Virus record (IMG/VR): IMGVR_UViG_3300018481_000006
Location: 1-61,541 of that record
DNA length: 61,541 nucleotides
DNA from: a virus
Lineage: Duplodnaviria; Caudoviricetes
Direction: 5' to 3' (one strand)
Below are positions 9,279 to 18,318 of the stretch, piece after piece. The notes beneath the pieces were generated by a model. That model saw nothing but the letters and a program-made list of their open reading frames with translations, was not told where the DNA came from and did no database searches. A program made the translations under genes and the position numbers. Numbering within the stretch: position 1 is the stretch's first letter; each line of letters begins with the position of its first letter.

Positions 9279-9641
9279 ATGGGAATTTTCGGATGGAGTT
9301 TGCCTCCCGGCTGCACTCAAGCGCATATCGACGCTGCCTATGGCACAGAGCAACCTTGCGACGTCTGCGGCTACGACGTCGACGATTGCGTCTGTCCCGA
9401 GTGCCCGACCTGCGGCACGCAAGGCGCTCCCGAGTGCTACGTGACGCATGGCATGGTGCGGTCACAGGCGCAACTCGACGGCTTCGCTGCCCGTGAGATC
9501 GAGCGTGATAGGCAGGAACGCGAAGGGGAGGCGACGTCTAGAGCGGAGGCCGAGTACTGGGCAAGCCCGCAGCGCAAGGTAGAGGAAGCCGAGTTGCAAG
9601 CGTACTGGCGCGACTTGGAGGCGCATCACCGCAACACGTAG
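9279..9641 (+). CDS. Cys-rich early protein
   Basis: AGGAGC RBS; MGIFGWSLPPGC, CDVC...CVCPECPTC. Confidence 0.7.
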   Translation: MGIFGWSLPPGCTQAHIDAAYGTEQPCDVCGYDVDDCVCPECPTCGTQGAPECYVTHGMVRSQAQLDGFAAREIERDRQEREGEATSRAEAEYWASPQRKVEEAELQAYWRDLEAHHRNT

Positions 9642-9698
9642 CGTAGTGCCTGTTGCCGCCCGTGCATTATGCGGATGGCAACGGAGACTGTGCTGCAG

Positions 9699-9727
9699 TT
9701 GACAACATCTGTTGACAGAGGCATCAT
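9699..9727 (+). promoter_or_regulatory. Sigma70-type promoter TTGACA-N17-CATCAT with operator-like palindrome
   Basis: -35 at 9699-9704, -10 at 9722-9727; GACAAC-ATCT-GTTGAC at 9701-9716. Confidence 0.65.
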
Positions 9728-9780
9728 AGTCGTCCGGTTAGCCGCCGGATTCATCCCCCGTTTCACTCTAGGAGCCAACG

Positions 9781-11307
9781 ATGGCACGCATCAAACAGCG
9801 GACCGCTTCCGCTAACACGCAACTCCGTCTGGCGAAGGTTCTGCAGCAAGTGGGAACCGACGCACAGCAACCCAAGCCGATGATCATGGCGCAACCTTGG
9901 GCCACGGTGATCGACGCTGCGCCCCGCGTGGCGGTCCTCAACGGGCTGCGCTCTGTAACGGCTGGCGCTCCGGGCTTCGACTACGGTCCGGTCGGTCTGG
10001 ACCTGCTGCGCTGGATCACGATCAACAAGTACGCGCTGCTGATCGACCCTCTGTCGGTCTGGAACGCCGCTCAACAGAGCAAGGGAGCGCCCGCCGTCAT
10101 CGCCCCGCCGCCGCGTCAGCCGCGACTGCCGCGCTCTGTGCCGCCGAAGGCTGCGCCGACGCTGCCGCATCCCGGCTTTCCCCCTAGCAGCATCCCGGTT
10201 CAGCCCGTCTCCCCTCCTCCCGGCGCAACCGGCGTGACAGGCGACGACGCTGTGCCGGTGATCGCTGTGCCCGAGGCAGGAACCCCGGTCCCGGTCATCG
10301 TGCCGCCCGACGTCATCGCCCCGGGCAAGCCGCTGCCGGCTGAACTGGCGCATCCCGAGTGGAACTGGCAACCCGCTGCCGTCGTGTTCGACGTGCCGGG
10401 GCTGCGTGGCAACGTGGCAGTGTGGCCGATGCAGGGTACCGAGGGAGCGCATCCCCGGGCCTACAAGCTGGACAAGGGCTACCGGTGGCCGGTCGATCAT
10501 CTGCAATGGGCGATCTTCGCTGCCGGTCAGTGCCCCGCCAAGGGCATCTGGAACTGGGGACAACGCGGATCGGGAAAGACCGAGTTTGCCCGTCAGTTCA
10601 GCGCCCGTACCGGACGTCCGTACTTCGGGATCACGTTCACGCAAACGATGGAGCCGAGCGAGTTCATCGGCGACAAGGGAGCGAAGAATGGGAACACCGA
10701 GTTTGAGGCCGGCGCAATGATCCTCGCGCTTGAGGAGCCGATTCCTGCGGTGATCCTGCTAGACGAGATCACCCTTGGGCAGAGCGGGCACATCACTGGC
10801 CCGCTGAACGAGATCGTGCATCCGGCGTGCAGCTACTGCATCCCGAGCAATGGTCGGCGTATCGACTTCAGCGACGGTCACTTTTTCATCGCTGCGGACA
10901 ACACGAACGGGACGGGTGACCCGACGGGCTTGCATCACGGCACGCAGCCGATCAACAGAGCGACGTCGGACCGGTTCAGCTACTTCAACCGGTTCACGTA
11001 CCTCCCGAAGGACGACGAGATCGCCATGCTGATGGACCGCACTGGCTGCGATCTGTCGCTGGCGGGGCGTACGTGGACGATCCTCGACGCTCTGCGCAAG
11101 AAGGTCGACACCGGTCTGTTGAGCGATCCGCCGTCGTCACGTGAGGCGCTGGCGTTCTGTAGCGCGGTGACGTGGGGCTTCGACGAGAAGGATTCGTTCG
11201 AGAAAGCCTTCGTCGCCAAGTACGCCGAGGAGTCGCAGGAGGAAATGCGCGTCACGTTTGTGGCGTGCTTCAAGGCCGAGGGCGATGCCGCCACGGTCAC
11301 GCCGTAA
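9781..11307 (+). CDS. MoxR/CobS/CbbQ-type AAA+ ATPase with Pro-rich N-terminal region
   Basis: Walker A GQRGSGKT, Walker B ILLDE, IAADN sensor, NRATSDRF arginine finger. Confidence 0.9.
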   Translation: MARIKQRTASANTQLRLAKVLQQVGTDAQQPKPMIMAQPWATVIDAAPRVAVLNGLRSVTAGAPGFDYGPVGLDLLRWITINKYALLIDPLSVWNAAQQSKGAPAVIAPPPRQPRLPRSVPPKAAPTLPHPGFPPSSIPVQPVSPPPGATGVTGDDAVPVIAVPEAGTPVPVIVPPDVIAPGKPLPAELAHPEWNWQPAAVVFDVPGLRGNVAVWPMQGTEGAHPRAYKLDKGYRWPVDHLQWAIFAAGQCPAKGIWNWGQRGSGKTEFARQFSARTGRPYFGITFTQTMEPSEFIGDKGAKNGNTEFEAGAMILALEEPIPAVILLDEITLGQSGHITGPLNEIVHPACSYCIPSNGRRIDFSDGHFFIAADNTNGTGDPTGLHHGTQPINRATSDRFSYFNRFTYLPKDDEIAMLMDRTGCDLSLAGRTWTILDALRKKVDTGLLSDPPSSREALAFCSAVTWGFDEKDSFEKAFVAKYAEESQEEMRVTFVACFKAEGDAATVTP

Positions 11308-11355
11308 CGCAACCAATCCCGCCGCCGTGACAGGCGGCTTTACAGAGGAGCCACC

Positions 11356-12531
11356 ATGTCGTACTTCAATCATCCGGTCAAGGTATCGGTGTTCATGGCC
11401 GCTATCCCGGGCCTCGTTGAGCGTCTGTTGCGCCGCGTCCCGGGAGGCGAGGGACGCATCATCGTGCAGGTCATCTTCGTCGGTGACATGGCTTGCGCCG
11501 TGTGGACCGAGAGCGGTGTCGGCGCGTTCCGCATGATCCGGGGCACGATCAAGCTGCCCGCACTCAAGGGCGGCGCGGTGATCGACCGTGCCAAGGCGAA
11601 CCGCTGGATCGGCTATGTGATCCATGAGGTTTGGCACATGGTGTTCACGTCGTCCCCGGTGTGGAGCCACTACGCACAGTACAACCCCGGCATCAAGCGA
11701 GCGATTGCCAACGCTCTGGAGGATGCGCGTATCGAACGCAGCGGGATGGAGCTTGGCTACGCCGAGGGATTCAACGTCGTCGGCAAAGACCTCATGCAGC
11801 ATCTGCTGACGACGGGCGGAATGAACGTCGACCCCAACGATCCGCGTCAGGTGGCATGGGCGTTCGCCGTGGGTTGCCGTGGCTACGGTGTGCAAGGGGA
11901 AGCGCGTCTGTTGTCGCGGCTTGATCCCCGTATCGCCGCTCTGTTGAAGCGCACTAAGGCGAAGGTCGACGCGATTCCGGCGACGATCCTCCCCGCCGAG
12001 GGCACTAAGGCGACGTGCGATCTGGCGACGTGGGTGTACAGCGAGTTGAAGAAGATCGGCAAGAAGGCAGCGGCAGAGGAAGCCGCAGAGGAAGCCGCGA
12101 AGGAAGAGCCGCCGATCTGCGTCAACCCCGCCCCGGTCCCGCAGCGTCACGATGCGAACGACGAGCCTGCACCCGAGGATGTGGATGTGGGCGAGGTGGA
12201 AGCGGGTGACGCTACCGACCAGACGTACGACGACGAGGGTGCGCCGAGCGAGGATGGCGGCGACGGCGACGACGACGGCGGCTTCGGCGGTGACGCTGGC
12301 GACGACGCTGACGACGGCGACGGTGGCGAGGGTGACGGTGGCGAGGGCGAGGGCGACGGCGACGGCGAGGGCGGTGACGCTGGCGACGGCGAGGATCACG
12401 GCGGCACGGCCCGGGGCGGTGGCGATACGGTGAACCCGCTCAAGGTAGGCGACGACGTGGTGTGCCCAGACGGTAGCGCGGGCCGCATCGTTTCGATCAA
12501 CGAGGGCGTCGCTGAAGTCGTCCCTCTGTAA
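11356..12531 (+). CDS. CobT-N-like protein with HExxH metallopeptidase motif and Asp/Gly-rich linker
   Basis: VIHEVWH and NALEDARIE motifs; acidic low-complexity region. Confidence 0.8.
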   Translation: MSYFNHPVKVSVFMAAIPGLVERLLRRVPGGEGRIIVQVIFVGDMACAVWTESGVGAFRMIRGTIKLPALKGGAVIDRAKANRWIGYVIHEVWHMVFTSSPVWSHYAQYNPGIKRAIANALEDARIERSGMELGYAEGFNVVGKDLMQHLLTTGGMNVDPNDPRQVAWAFAVGCRGYGVQGEARLLSRLDPRIAALLKRTKAKVDAIPATILPAEGTKATCDLATWVYSELKKIGKKAAAEEAAEEAAKEEPPICVNPAPVPQRHDANDEPAPEDVDVGEVEAGDATDQTYDDEGAPSEDGGDGDDDGGFGGDAGDDADDGDGGEGDGGEGEGDGDGEGGDAGDGEDHGGTARGGGDTVNPLKVGDDVVCPDGSAGRIVSINEGVAEVVPL

Positions 12532-12555
12532 CAGACGTTCAACTAGGAGCCAAGC

Positions 12556-13740
12556 ATGGCACTCTGGAAACTGGCAGAACTGCACCGTCGCGTCACCCCT
12601 GACCAGACGGGCAACGATGGCAAGCCCGTAGGCGAGCCGCCCGAGGGCGGCACCACCGGCGACGGCGAGGGCGAGAAGGGGCGCAGCACCAGCAAAGACG
12701 GCAAGCTGGACCCCAATGCGTTGGTCAACATGGACAACGTGCCGCACGACGAGATTCACAACCCCGAGCCGACGGTTGCGAATGAGGCGGGCGAGTCGTC
12801 GACGCCCACAGCGCATGACAGGCAGGGAACGATTCCCATTGTCGTGATGGACCCCATCGTCTCGCCCTTCCACAAGGTCGACGCGACGACGGGAGCGGCC
12901 TCTGTAGCGGAGTGGACACAGATGCTGCGCAGTGTCCGCGTCTCCGCTCTGCGTCTCGCCCTGCGCCGCCTGATGCAGCGTAGCGATACGCAAGGCCGTG
13001 TCGGCGGGCTGCGCTCCGGACGTCTGTCGGGGCGCGGCGTGACCCGCTTGCTGATGGGAGCGGAGAACGTGTTTGAGCGCCGCTATAGCCAGCGTGGCGA
13101 GGACGTGGCGGTGACGCTGCTGATCGACCGCTCCGGCAGCATGGCGGGCCAGTGCATAGAGCAAGCGGCGGTGACCGCTCTGTTGATCGGCGAGACGGCT
13201 AGCAACGCTAACGCGAAGCTGGAAGTCGTCGCCTTCGACTCTGTGTACAGCGGCGAAGCCCGGGAGGCGCTGGAGGATACGCTGCGCACCGAGACGCGTA
13301 CCGCTGACCGCTGGGACCACGGACGCAACACTCGCTGGGGCTATGCCGAGGCGAGCGACGTGTCCATCTGCAAGTCGTTCAGCGAACCCATCGGCAAGCT
13401 GCGCCGTCTGTACACGACGATGCGCCGCATGTCGCAGGGTGGTACGAACGACGCCTCTGCGCTCAAGTGGACCGGCGAGCGTCTGGCGAAGCAACCTGCC
13501 AAGCGCAAGATTCTGTTCGTCATCGCCGACGGTATCGGTGACCACGTGAATGTGTTCCGCCACGTGGTGACCGAGATCGAGAAGCAGGGGATCATCGTCA
13601 TCGGTATCGGCATCGGCTGCAACGCGTCGTTCACCGAGCGGTTCACTCACGCCGTCGCCATCAACAAGCCGGACGATCTGTGCGGCAAGGCGTTCGGCAT
13701 GTTGATCGGGACCATCGCCAAGGCGAAGGGTTTCGCGTAG
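12556..13740 (+). CDS. von Willebrand factor A (CobT-C-like) domain protein
   Basis: MIDAS motif LLIDRSGSM, GGTND, LFVIADG; own AGGAGCC RBS. Confidence 0.85.
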   Translation: MALWKLAELHRRVTPDQTGNDGKPVGEPPEGGTTGDGEGEKGRSTSKDGKLDPNALVNMDNVPHDEIHNPEPTVANEAGESSTPTAHDRQGTIPIVVMDPIVSPFHKVDATTGAASVAEWTQMLRSVRVSALRLALRRLMQRSDTQGRVGGLRSGRLSGRGVTRLLMGAENVFERRYSQRGEDVAVTLLIDRSGSMAGQCIEQAAVTALLIGETASNANAKLEVVAFDSVYSGEAREALEDTLRTETRTADRWDHGRNTRWGYAEASDVSICKSFSEPIGKLRRLYTTMRRMSQGGTNDASALKWTGERLAKQPAKRKILFVIADGIGDHVNVFRHVVTEIEKQGIIVIGIGIGCNASFTERFTHAVAINKPDDLCGKAFGMLIGTIAKAKGFA

Positions 13741-13796
13741 CACGTAGCACCGGGGGCGGCGCTCGCCGCTCCCGTATCTCACAGAGGAGCCACACC

Positions 13797-14120
13797 ATGA
13801 GCATCACCGCCGTTCGTATGATCGAAGACTCCATGACCAAGACGCTGTGCGTTCAGTCGCCCTACAACGCGTCGTTCACCGAGGGTGCGCGCAATCTCGG
13901 CGGACGCTGGAACGCGGAACACAAGCAGTGGGCGTTCCCGTTCAACCGCATCGACGAAGTGCGCGCTCTGTGCCGGCAGGTCTACGGCACGTGCGATGGC
14001 AAGCCGGCCATGACCCGCGAGCAACTGAAGGCGCGTCTGGCGCAACTCATCGACGAGGTCGTGAGCGTGCAAGCGCAACTCAACAAGCTCGACGGTACCG
14101 ACGGGGAGGGAGTCGAATGA
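13797..14120 (+). CDS. Small protein with SPY...LGGRWN...KQW (DUF5710/HARP-like) motif
   Basis: AGGAGCCAC RBS; motif recognition. Confidence 0.65.
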   Translation: MSITAVRMIEDSMTKTLCVQSPYNASFTEGARNLGGRWNAEHKQWAFPFNRIDEVRALCRQVYGTCDGKPAMTREQLKARLAQLIDEVVSVQAQLNKLDGTDGEGVE

Positions 14121-14278
14121 ATGCCATCGTCGGTATCTGCGCTCTGTTCTTCATCGTGCTGACCCCGATCATCCTCGTTGCCGGCCCGCTCACCCGCTTG
14201 GGTGTGTCGGGGCCGCAGGCACTCAGCGTTGCAGCCGGCGTCGTGATAGGCGCGTTCATGCTGTGGAGGCTGCGATGA
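14117..14278 (+). CDS. Small two-TM membrane protein
   Basis: 53 aa, hydrophobic, GGGAG RBS, ATGA overlap. Confidence 0.6.
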   Translation: MNAIVGICALFFIVLTPIILVAGPLTRLGVSGPQALSVAAGVVIGAFMLWRLR

Positions 14279-14619
14279 GGGTACTCATAGGCGGCGGCTC
14301 GCAGCGCGGCTTACAGAGGGCGGTCGAAAGCTGCGTCGGCCTTGGCCTTTCGTTCGACTACCTGCCGAGCGACGCCGAGGCGCAGGTCTGGAAGCGCAAG
14401 GCCCGCAACGCTGACGTAGCGATTGCCCGCACCGGTCTGCTCTCGCACAAGGCATGGGTGAACCTGAAGGCGTACTGCCCGAGGGTGATCCCTGTGCCCG
14501 AGAACGGCGAGGCCGCTCTGTTGCGAGTGATACAGAGGCTGGCGCATGAGGGCGAGGCCGCGTGGGTGATGTGGACCCCCACCGAAGGTGCGGAATTTCC
14601 ACTTGACAACGTTTGTTGA
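14275..14619 (+). CDS. DUF2325-like protein
   Basis: VLIGGG...ADVAIARTGLLSH pattern. Confidence 0.6.
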   Translation: MRVLIGGGSQRGLQRAVESCVGLGLSFDYLPSDAEAQVWKRKARNADVAIARTGLLSHKAWVNLKAYCPRVIPVPENGEAALLRVIQRLAHEGEAAWVMWTPTEGAEFPLDNVC

Positions 14620-14632
14620 CAACCGCTACATT
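14603..14632 (+). promoter_or_regulatory. Sigma70-type promoter TTGACA-N18-TACATT with operator-like palindrome
   Basis: GACAAC-GTTT-GTTGAC at 14605-14620. Confidence 0.6.
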
Positions 14633-14662
14633 GCGGTCCGCTGTACCAACCGAGGAGCCACC

Positions 14663-15004
14663 ATGTATACGCAAGACATCGAGCCGACCTTGGGCTGCAA
14701 GCGCAAGTTCTACCGCTTCATCCAACGCAAGGCGAACAAGCCGTGCCGTCGCATCAAGCTGCAGACGCTGCAACAGCAACGCGTTGCCAACGGCATCGAC
14801 TACAAGCGCACTCACGGCCTGACCATGATCTGGCCCCCGCTGCCCGGGACGAGGTTCTGGGATGACGTGCAGGACGTGATCGAAACCAGCAACAAGGCGA
14901 GGGAGTACCTGCAGCAAGTCGGCTACTACGGCCACTGCACCATCTGTGGCGAACCCAACCCACCGCAAATGTCCTGCGGTTGCCACGACAACCACTGCCA
15001 GTAA
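14663..15004 (+). CDS. Hypothetical protein with C-terminal Cys cluster
   Basis: AGGAGCCAC RBS; CTICGE...CGCH. Confidence 0.65.
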   Translation: MYTQDIEPTLGCKRKFYRFIQRKANKPCRRIKLQTLQQQRVANGIDYKRTHGLTMIWPPLPGTRFWDDVQDVIETSNKAREYLQQVGYYGHCTICGEPNPPQMSCGCHDNHCQ

Positions 15005-15018
15005 CAGAGGAGCCACCC

Positions 15019-15276
15019 ATGTTTCCAGCACCAACCCGCAAGGCACGTATCCAGATGGCGATGAAGCGCGGCCTCACCCAAGCGCAGGCTATCGCCGAGG
15101 TTGCCCGTCAGGACACCGCATCACACAAGGCAGCGCAGCGTTTCGCTGAACTCCTGCGTGACCGTGGCATCAAGGGCGAGCGTCCCGGCGTGTTCCGCTT
15201 CAATCCGGACGACGACAACGATCCGGTGACCAAGGCGATGGTCGACGCCATGAACCAAACCGATTCCTTCAAGTAG
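15019..15276 (+). CDS. Hypothetical protein
   Basis: AGGAGCCAC RBS. Confidence 0.65.
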   Translation: MFPAPTRKARIQMAMKRGLTQAQAIAEVARQDTASHKAAQRFAELLRDRGIKGERPGVFRFNPDDDNDPVTKAMVDAMNQTDSFK

Positions 15277-15284
15277 GAGCCACC

Positions 15285-15644
15285 ATGAGCAAGCGCAAGC
15301 AACCCACGCAACGTAACGTCACCCCCAAGGCCGCAGCACTTGCCGTGCTGGCCGCGATGCGTGACCAGATCAGCCGCATAGAGTCGGAAGTCGCGAGACG
15401 TGCCGACGGCGAGGACAGCGCCCCGCTGGGTCTGTCGAACGAGTACATGACCCGGGTGATGCGTGCCGGGGACGGGCTGGCCGTGCATGGCTGGTCGACG
15501 TACAGCACAGAGGAGCAACCGGAACCCACGGTTGCCGCCGACAGCGCATCCATGCTGGCGATGCAGATGATGGACATGATCTGGCGTGACGCCGTACAGA
15601 GGGCGTCGTTCGCTCTGGTCGAAGCCGGTTACCACCACAACTAG
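15285..15644 (+). CDS. Hypothetical protein
   Basis: AGGAGCCAC RBS. Confidence 0.65.
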   Translation: MSKRKQPTQRNVTPKAAALAVLAAMRDQISRIESEVARRADGEDSAPLGLSNEYMTRVMRAGDGLAVHGWSTYSTEEQPEPTVAADSASMLAMQMMDMIWRDAVQRASFALVEAGYHHN

Positions 15645-15653
15645 GAGCCACAG

Positions 15654-15917
15654 ATGAGCTACATCGTTCGCGTCGAGTTTCCCGACGGCAGCAATCGCCA
15701 CACCTCCTGCGAGAGCAAGGGGCAGGCGAAGCGTGTCTACCTGCAAGCCATGCACAACCCCGTGGTGGAGCGTTGCGGCGGGCTGGTCACCTGTGAGGAT
15801 GCACTCACCGGTGCGGTCGTCGACATACTGGCCCGCAACACCCGTGCTGCCCGTGAGGATCACCACCACCGTCTGTTGGCAGCGATAGACGAGAACATGC
15901 CGTTCCGGGACGTCTAG
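15654..15917 (+). CDS. Hypothetical protein
   Basis: AGGAGCCAC RBS. Confidence 0.65.
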   Translation: MSYIVRVEFPDGSNRHTSCESKGQAKRVYLQAMHNPVVERCGGLVTCEDALTGAVVDILARNTRAAREDHHHRLLAAIDENMPFRDV

Positions 15918-16079
15918 CAGTAGCAGCACACCTTCGCCAAGGTGTCGCGTAAAAGCCGCCCGATAGGGCAACGCGTAAAAGGGCGGGCCGGGAGCAACGG
16001 GAGCGGGGCGGGGTGAAGTTCCAAGCCTGCACGCAAAGCCGCTCCCGGCCAATCGTTTCCCCCTACAGAGGAGCCACAC

Positions 16080-16550
16080 ATGGAAACCGTATTCAAGTGC
16101 CGTCGCATCCGCAGCGGTCTGTACCAGTACCGGGGCCACAAGCTGGAGCGCAACGACGACGTGCCCGAGGGGTTCTGGGGCCACTGGCGCACCAACAGCA
16201 TGGTCGACCAAGGCTTCGCCAAGGCCGGCACGCTGACGCAACTGCGCTACGTCATCGACCGCGATCTGGCGTTCAAGGCGCTGCGTGAGCAAGCCGAGCA
16301 GGCGAAGGCCGAGGCGGCGCGGCGTGCCGTGCTGCGTCTGTGGAAGTGCGACAACGGGACGTACGACGTCTGTAACGAGGATGGCGTCGTGTACCCGAAC
16401 CTGCCCGAGGCCGTGGCCCGCATCGTGGTCAAGCATGACGCGGTGATAGGCGCGCTGCAATCAATCGCCAAATCCAAATCGATGGATGGGGCTATCGCCC
16501 GCGACGCTCTCGCCAAGGGTGGCGTTCTGCTTACAGAGGAGCAAGCATGA
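16080..16550 (+). CDS. Hypothetical protein
   Basis: AGGAGCCAC RBS. Confidence 0.65.
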   Translation: METVFKCRRIRSGLYQYRGHKLERNDDVPEGFWGHWRTNSMVDQGFAKAGTLTQLRYVIDRDLAFKALREQAEQAKAEAARRAVLRLWKCDNGTYDVCNEDGVVYPNLPEAVARIVVKHDAVIGALQSIAKSKSMDGAIARDALAKGGVLLTEEQA

Positions 16551-16813
16551 TCAACAACAGCGAACGTAAGGCTAGCTGGCAGAGCATTGCCGCCGAGGCT
16601 CTGTCGGAACGCGATGCGCTCAAGAGTGACGTGCTGCGTATGCAGCAAGAGCGTGACGAGGTGGTGATCGTCGCCAGCGTGATGCGTACGTTGGCGGGAT
16701 CGCCGCGCCTCCAGAGCATGACCGTCGCCGCCGCTCTGGATGAACTGCAGGACAACGGCGTCTGGGACGACAGCATCGTCCGCACCCCCATCCCCTATAG
16801 GAGCCAAGCATGA
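16547..16813 (+). CDS. Hypothetical protein
   Basis: AGGAGC RBS, ATGA overlap. Confidence 0.6.
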   Translation: MINNSERKASWQSIAAEALSERDALKSDVLRMQQERDEVVIVASVMRTLAGSPRLQSMTVAAALDELQDNGVWDDSIVRTPIPYRSQA

Positions 16814-16938
16814 CCCCAACCGAGCAAGCCGCCTACTGGCGTAAGCAAGCAGACCGTGACCATGTGTCACGCACCAACTTTATCGTGGTGCTGGCGTTCG
16901 TCCTGCCGTTCGCGCTGATGTACCTGTTCGGACTCTGA
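16810..16938 (+). CDS. 42-aa single-TM protein (below the ORF-track cutoff)
   Basis: AGGAGCC RBS; MTPTEQAAYWRKQADRDHVSRTNFIVVLAFVLPFALMYLFGL. Confidence 0.6.
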   Translation: MTPTEQAAYWRKQADRDHVSRTNFIVVLAFVLPFALMYLFGL

Positions 16939-16940
16939 TC

Positions 16941-17141
16941 ATGGCCCGCATGTACACAGTGATGTGCAAGCGCACCGTCACGCAGCGAGTGACGGTCAAG
17001 GTCTTTGCGGATGATGCCGCCGAGGCCATCAACTCTGTAGAGCGCGGCGACGTACCGGTGCAGTGGCCGGACGGCGAGTACCTGTCCGAGCGTGATCACG
17101 CCGTCGTGACCGCTCATATGTTTGAGGGGATCACGGGATAG
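16941..17141 (+). CDS. Hypothetical protein
   Basis: 66 aa, tightly packed in the operon. Confidence 0.55.
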   Translation: MARMYTVMCKRTVTQRVTVKVFADDAAEAINSVERGDVPVQWPDGEYLSERDHAVVTAHMFEGITG

Positions 17142-17143
17142 CC

Positions 17144-17578
17144 ATGACTCAACGGCTATCCGCGTACAGAATCTTCGACAGCATAGACATCCACGGTCCA
17201 GACGAGTGCTGGCCGTGGATGGGGCGCAAGTCGCCGCGAGGCTACCCGCTGATGAACCTGCGGGGCGCGAAGTGGCTACGCGGCAATCGGGTGATCTTCG
17301 CGTTCTGTAACGGGCCGCTCGCCGAGAAGGAGGTCGTGCGCCACACGTGCGACAACCCAACGTGCTTGAACCCGAGGCACTTGCTGAAGGGAACGATGAA
17401 AGAAAACGCCCACGACATGCTGGCGCGAGGTCGGCAGAACAACCAGCGCAAGACCCACTGCAAGCGTGGTCACGCTCTGGATGGAGTGAATCTGATGGTG
17501 AGGAAAACCGGGACGCGGGCTTGCCGCACTTGTCACAACGAGCGCGCCCGGATGCACAAAAAGAAAACGCCCAGATAA
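17144..17578 (+). CDS. HNH endonuclease
   Basis: ECWPW, VRHTCDNPTCLNPRHL...N, KTHCKRGH. Confidence 0.9.
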   Translation: MTQRLSAYRIFDSIDIHGPDECWPWMGRKSPRGYPLMNLRGAKWLRGNRVIFAFCNGPLAEKEVVRHTCDNPTCLNPRHLLKGTMKENAHDMLARGRQNNQRKTHCKRGHALDGVNLMVRKTGTRACRTCHNERARMHKKKTPR

Positions 17579-17750
17579 CTGAGCGTTTTCAAGTAGTTGG
17601 GAGGCCCACCATCCCGGCGTATCCCGGGGTGAAGCGGGGCGCAAAGGACCGGGCCTCAGTTCGCATTGGCCTGCAAGCCGAATGCGAGCGTACAACGTCG
17701 TCTAGGAGCCACCCAGCCGATACCCACCAGCATACCCAAGGAGCCACACT

Positions 17751-17984
17751 ATGGCAACAGTCCAACTACGCCTGCTTTCCACCGTCGAAGTCGCCCAGAA
17801 GCTGGGTATGTCCCGGCAGCGAGTGCTGGTGCTGGTCAAGCAGGGGCGCATCAGCGGAGCGGTCAAGGCCGGCAAGCGATGGGTGTTCCGCGCCAGCGCC
17901 AAGGTCATCCCGCTACCTCCGCGCTGGCAAGATGAGGTCGAGCCGGACGCGAAGCTGCCACCTTCGGCATTTCGGTTACGGTGA
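17751..17984 (+). CDS. Excisionase/MerR-like HTH DNA-binding protein
   Basis: LLSTVEVAQKLGMSRQRVLVLVKQGRI...KAGKRWVF. Confidence 0.8.
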   Translation: MATVQLRLLSTVEVAQKLGMSRQRVLVLVKQGRISGAVKAGKRWVFRASAKVIPLPPRWQDEVEPDAKLPPSAFRLR

Positions 17985-18315
17985 TCACCACCCAATCCTC
18001 TGCCAGTAGATCAACCTGCGCACCGCCCCACGGGCCGACTGTGCCGTCTGTAGCCACCATGTCGATGTGTGGTCTGTAGACGACCCTGCGGCCCCGTGGG
18101 TAGATGCCGAGCAACGGCGGGCGCGACACGTGGAAGCTGCTTCCCGGTACCAAGAACAGGAACGCTCCCGACAGGCTCCACCCCGTACGCATCACCCGCT
18201 CGCCACGTTTCAACGCCTGCAGCGCACCCGAGAAGTCCATCGGGCCTTCGCTCTGTGCCGGCGTCTCCTCCTTCATCTTCAGCTTCACTTCCTTCTTCAG
18301 CCTGATCGTCGCCAC
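17905..18315 (-). CDS. DUF2829 family protein (Tad2-like nucleotide-signal sponge)
   Basis: MDFSGALQALKRGERVMRTGW...PW...QVDLLAEDW signature. Confidence 0.8.
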   Translation of the reverse strand: MATIRLKKEVKLKMKEETPAQSEGPMDFSGALQALKRGERVMRTGWSLSGAFLFLVPGSSFHVSRPPLLGIYPRGRRVVYRPHIDMVATDGTVGPWGGAQVDLLAEDWVVITVTEMPKVAASRPARPHLASAEVAG

Positions 18316-18318
18316 GGT

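Noticed and set aside
12230-12430. GGCGAC-type tandem repeats as a DNA element
   Set aside because: Encodes the acidic Gly/Asp linker typical of CobT-like proteins
11137-13782. 881-aa antisense ORF and similar long shadow ORFs (e.g. 15108..16460, 37356..38780, 59129..61063)
   Set aside because: Antisense to well-supported genes in GC-rich DNA with few stops; no recognisable motifs
16020-16055. ACGCAAAGCC...CCGGCC resemblance to a c-di-GMP-I riboswitch
   Set aside because: The upstream GCAAAC/GAAA stem and tetraloop receptor are absent
17144-17578. HNH gene as part of a group I intron
   Set aside because: Flanking ORFs are complete and unrelated; no interrupted host gene is evident
17751-17984. 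Excisionase implying an integration module
   Set aside because: No integrase or att-like site recognised; a generic HTH assignment is safer
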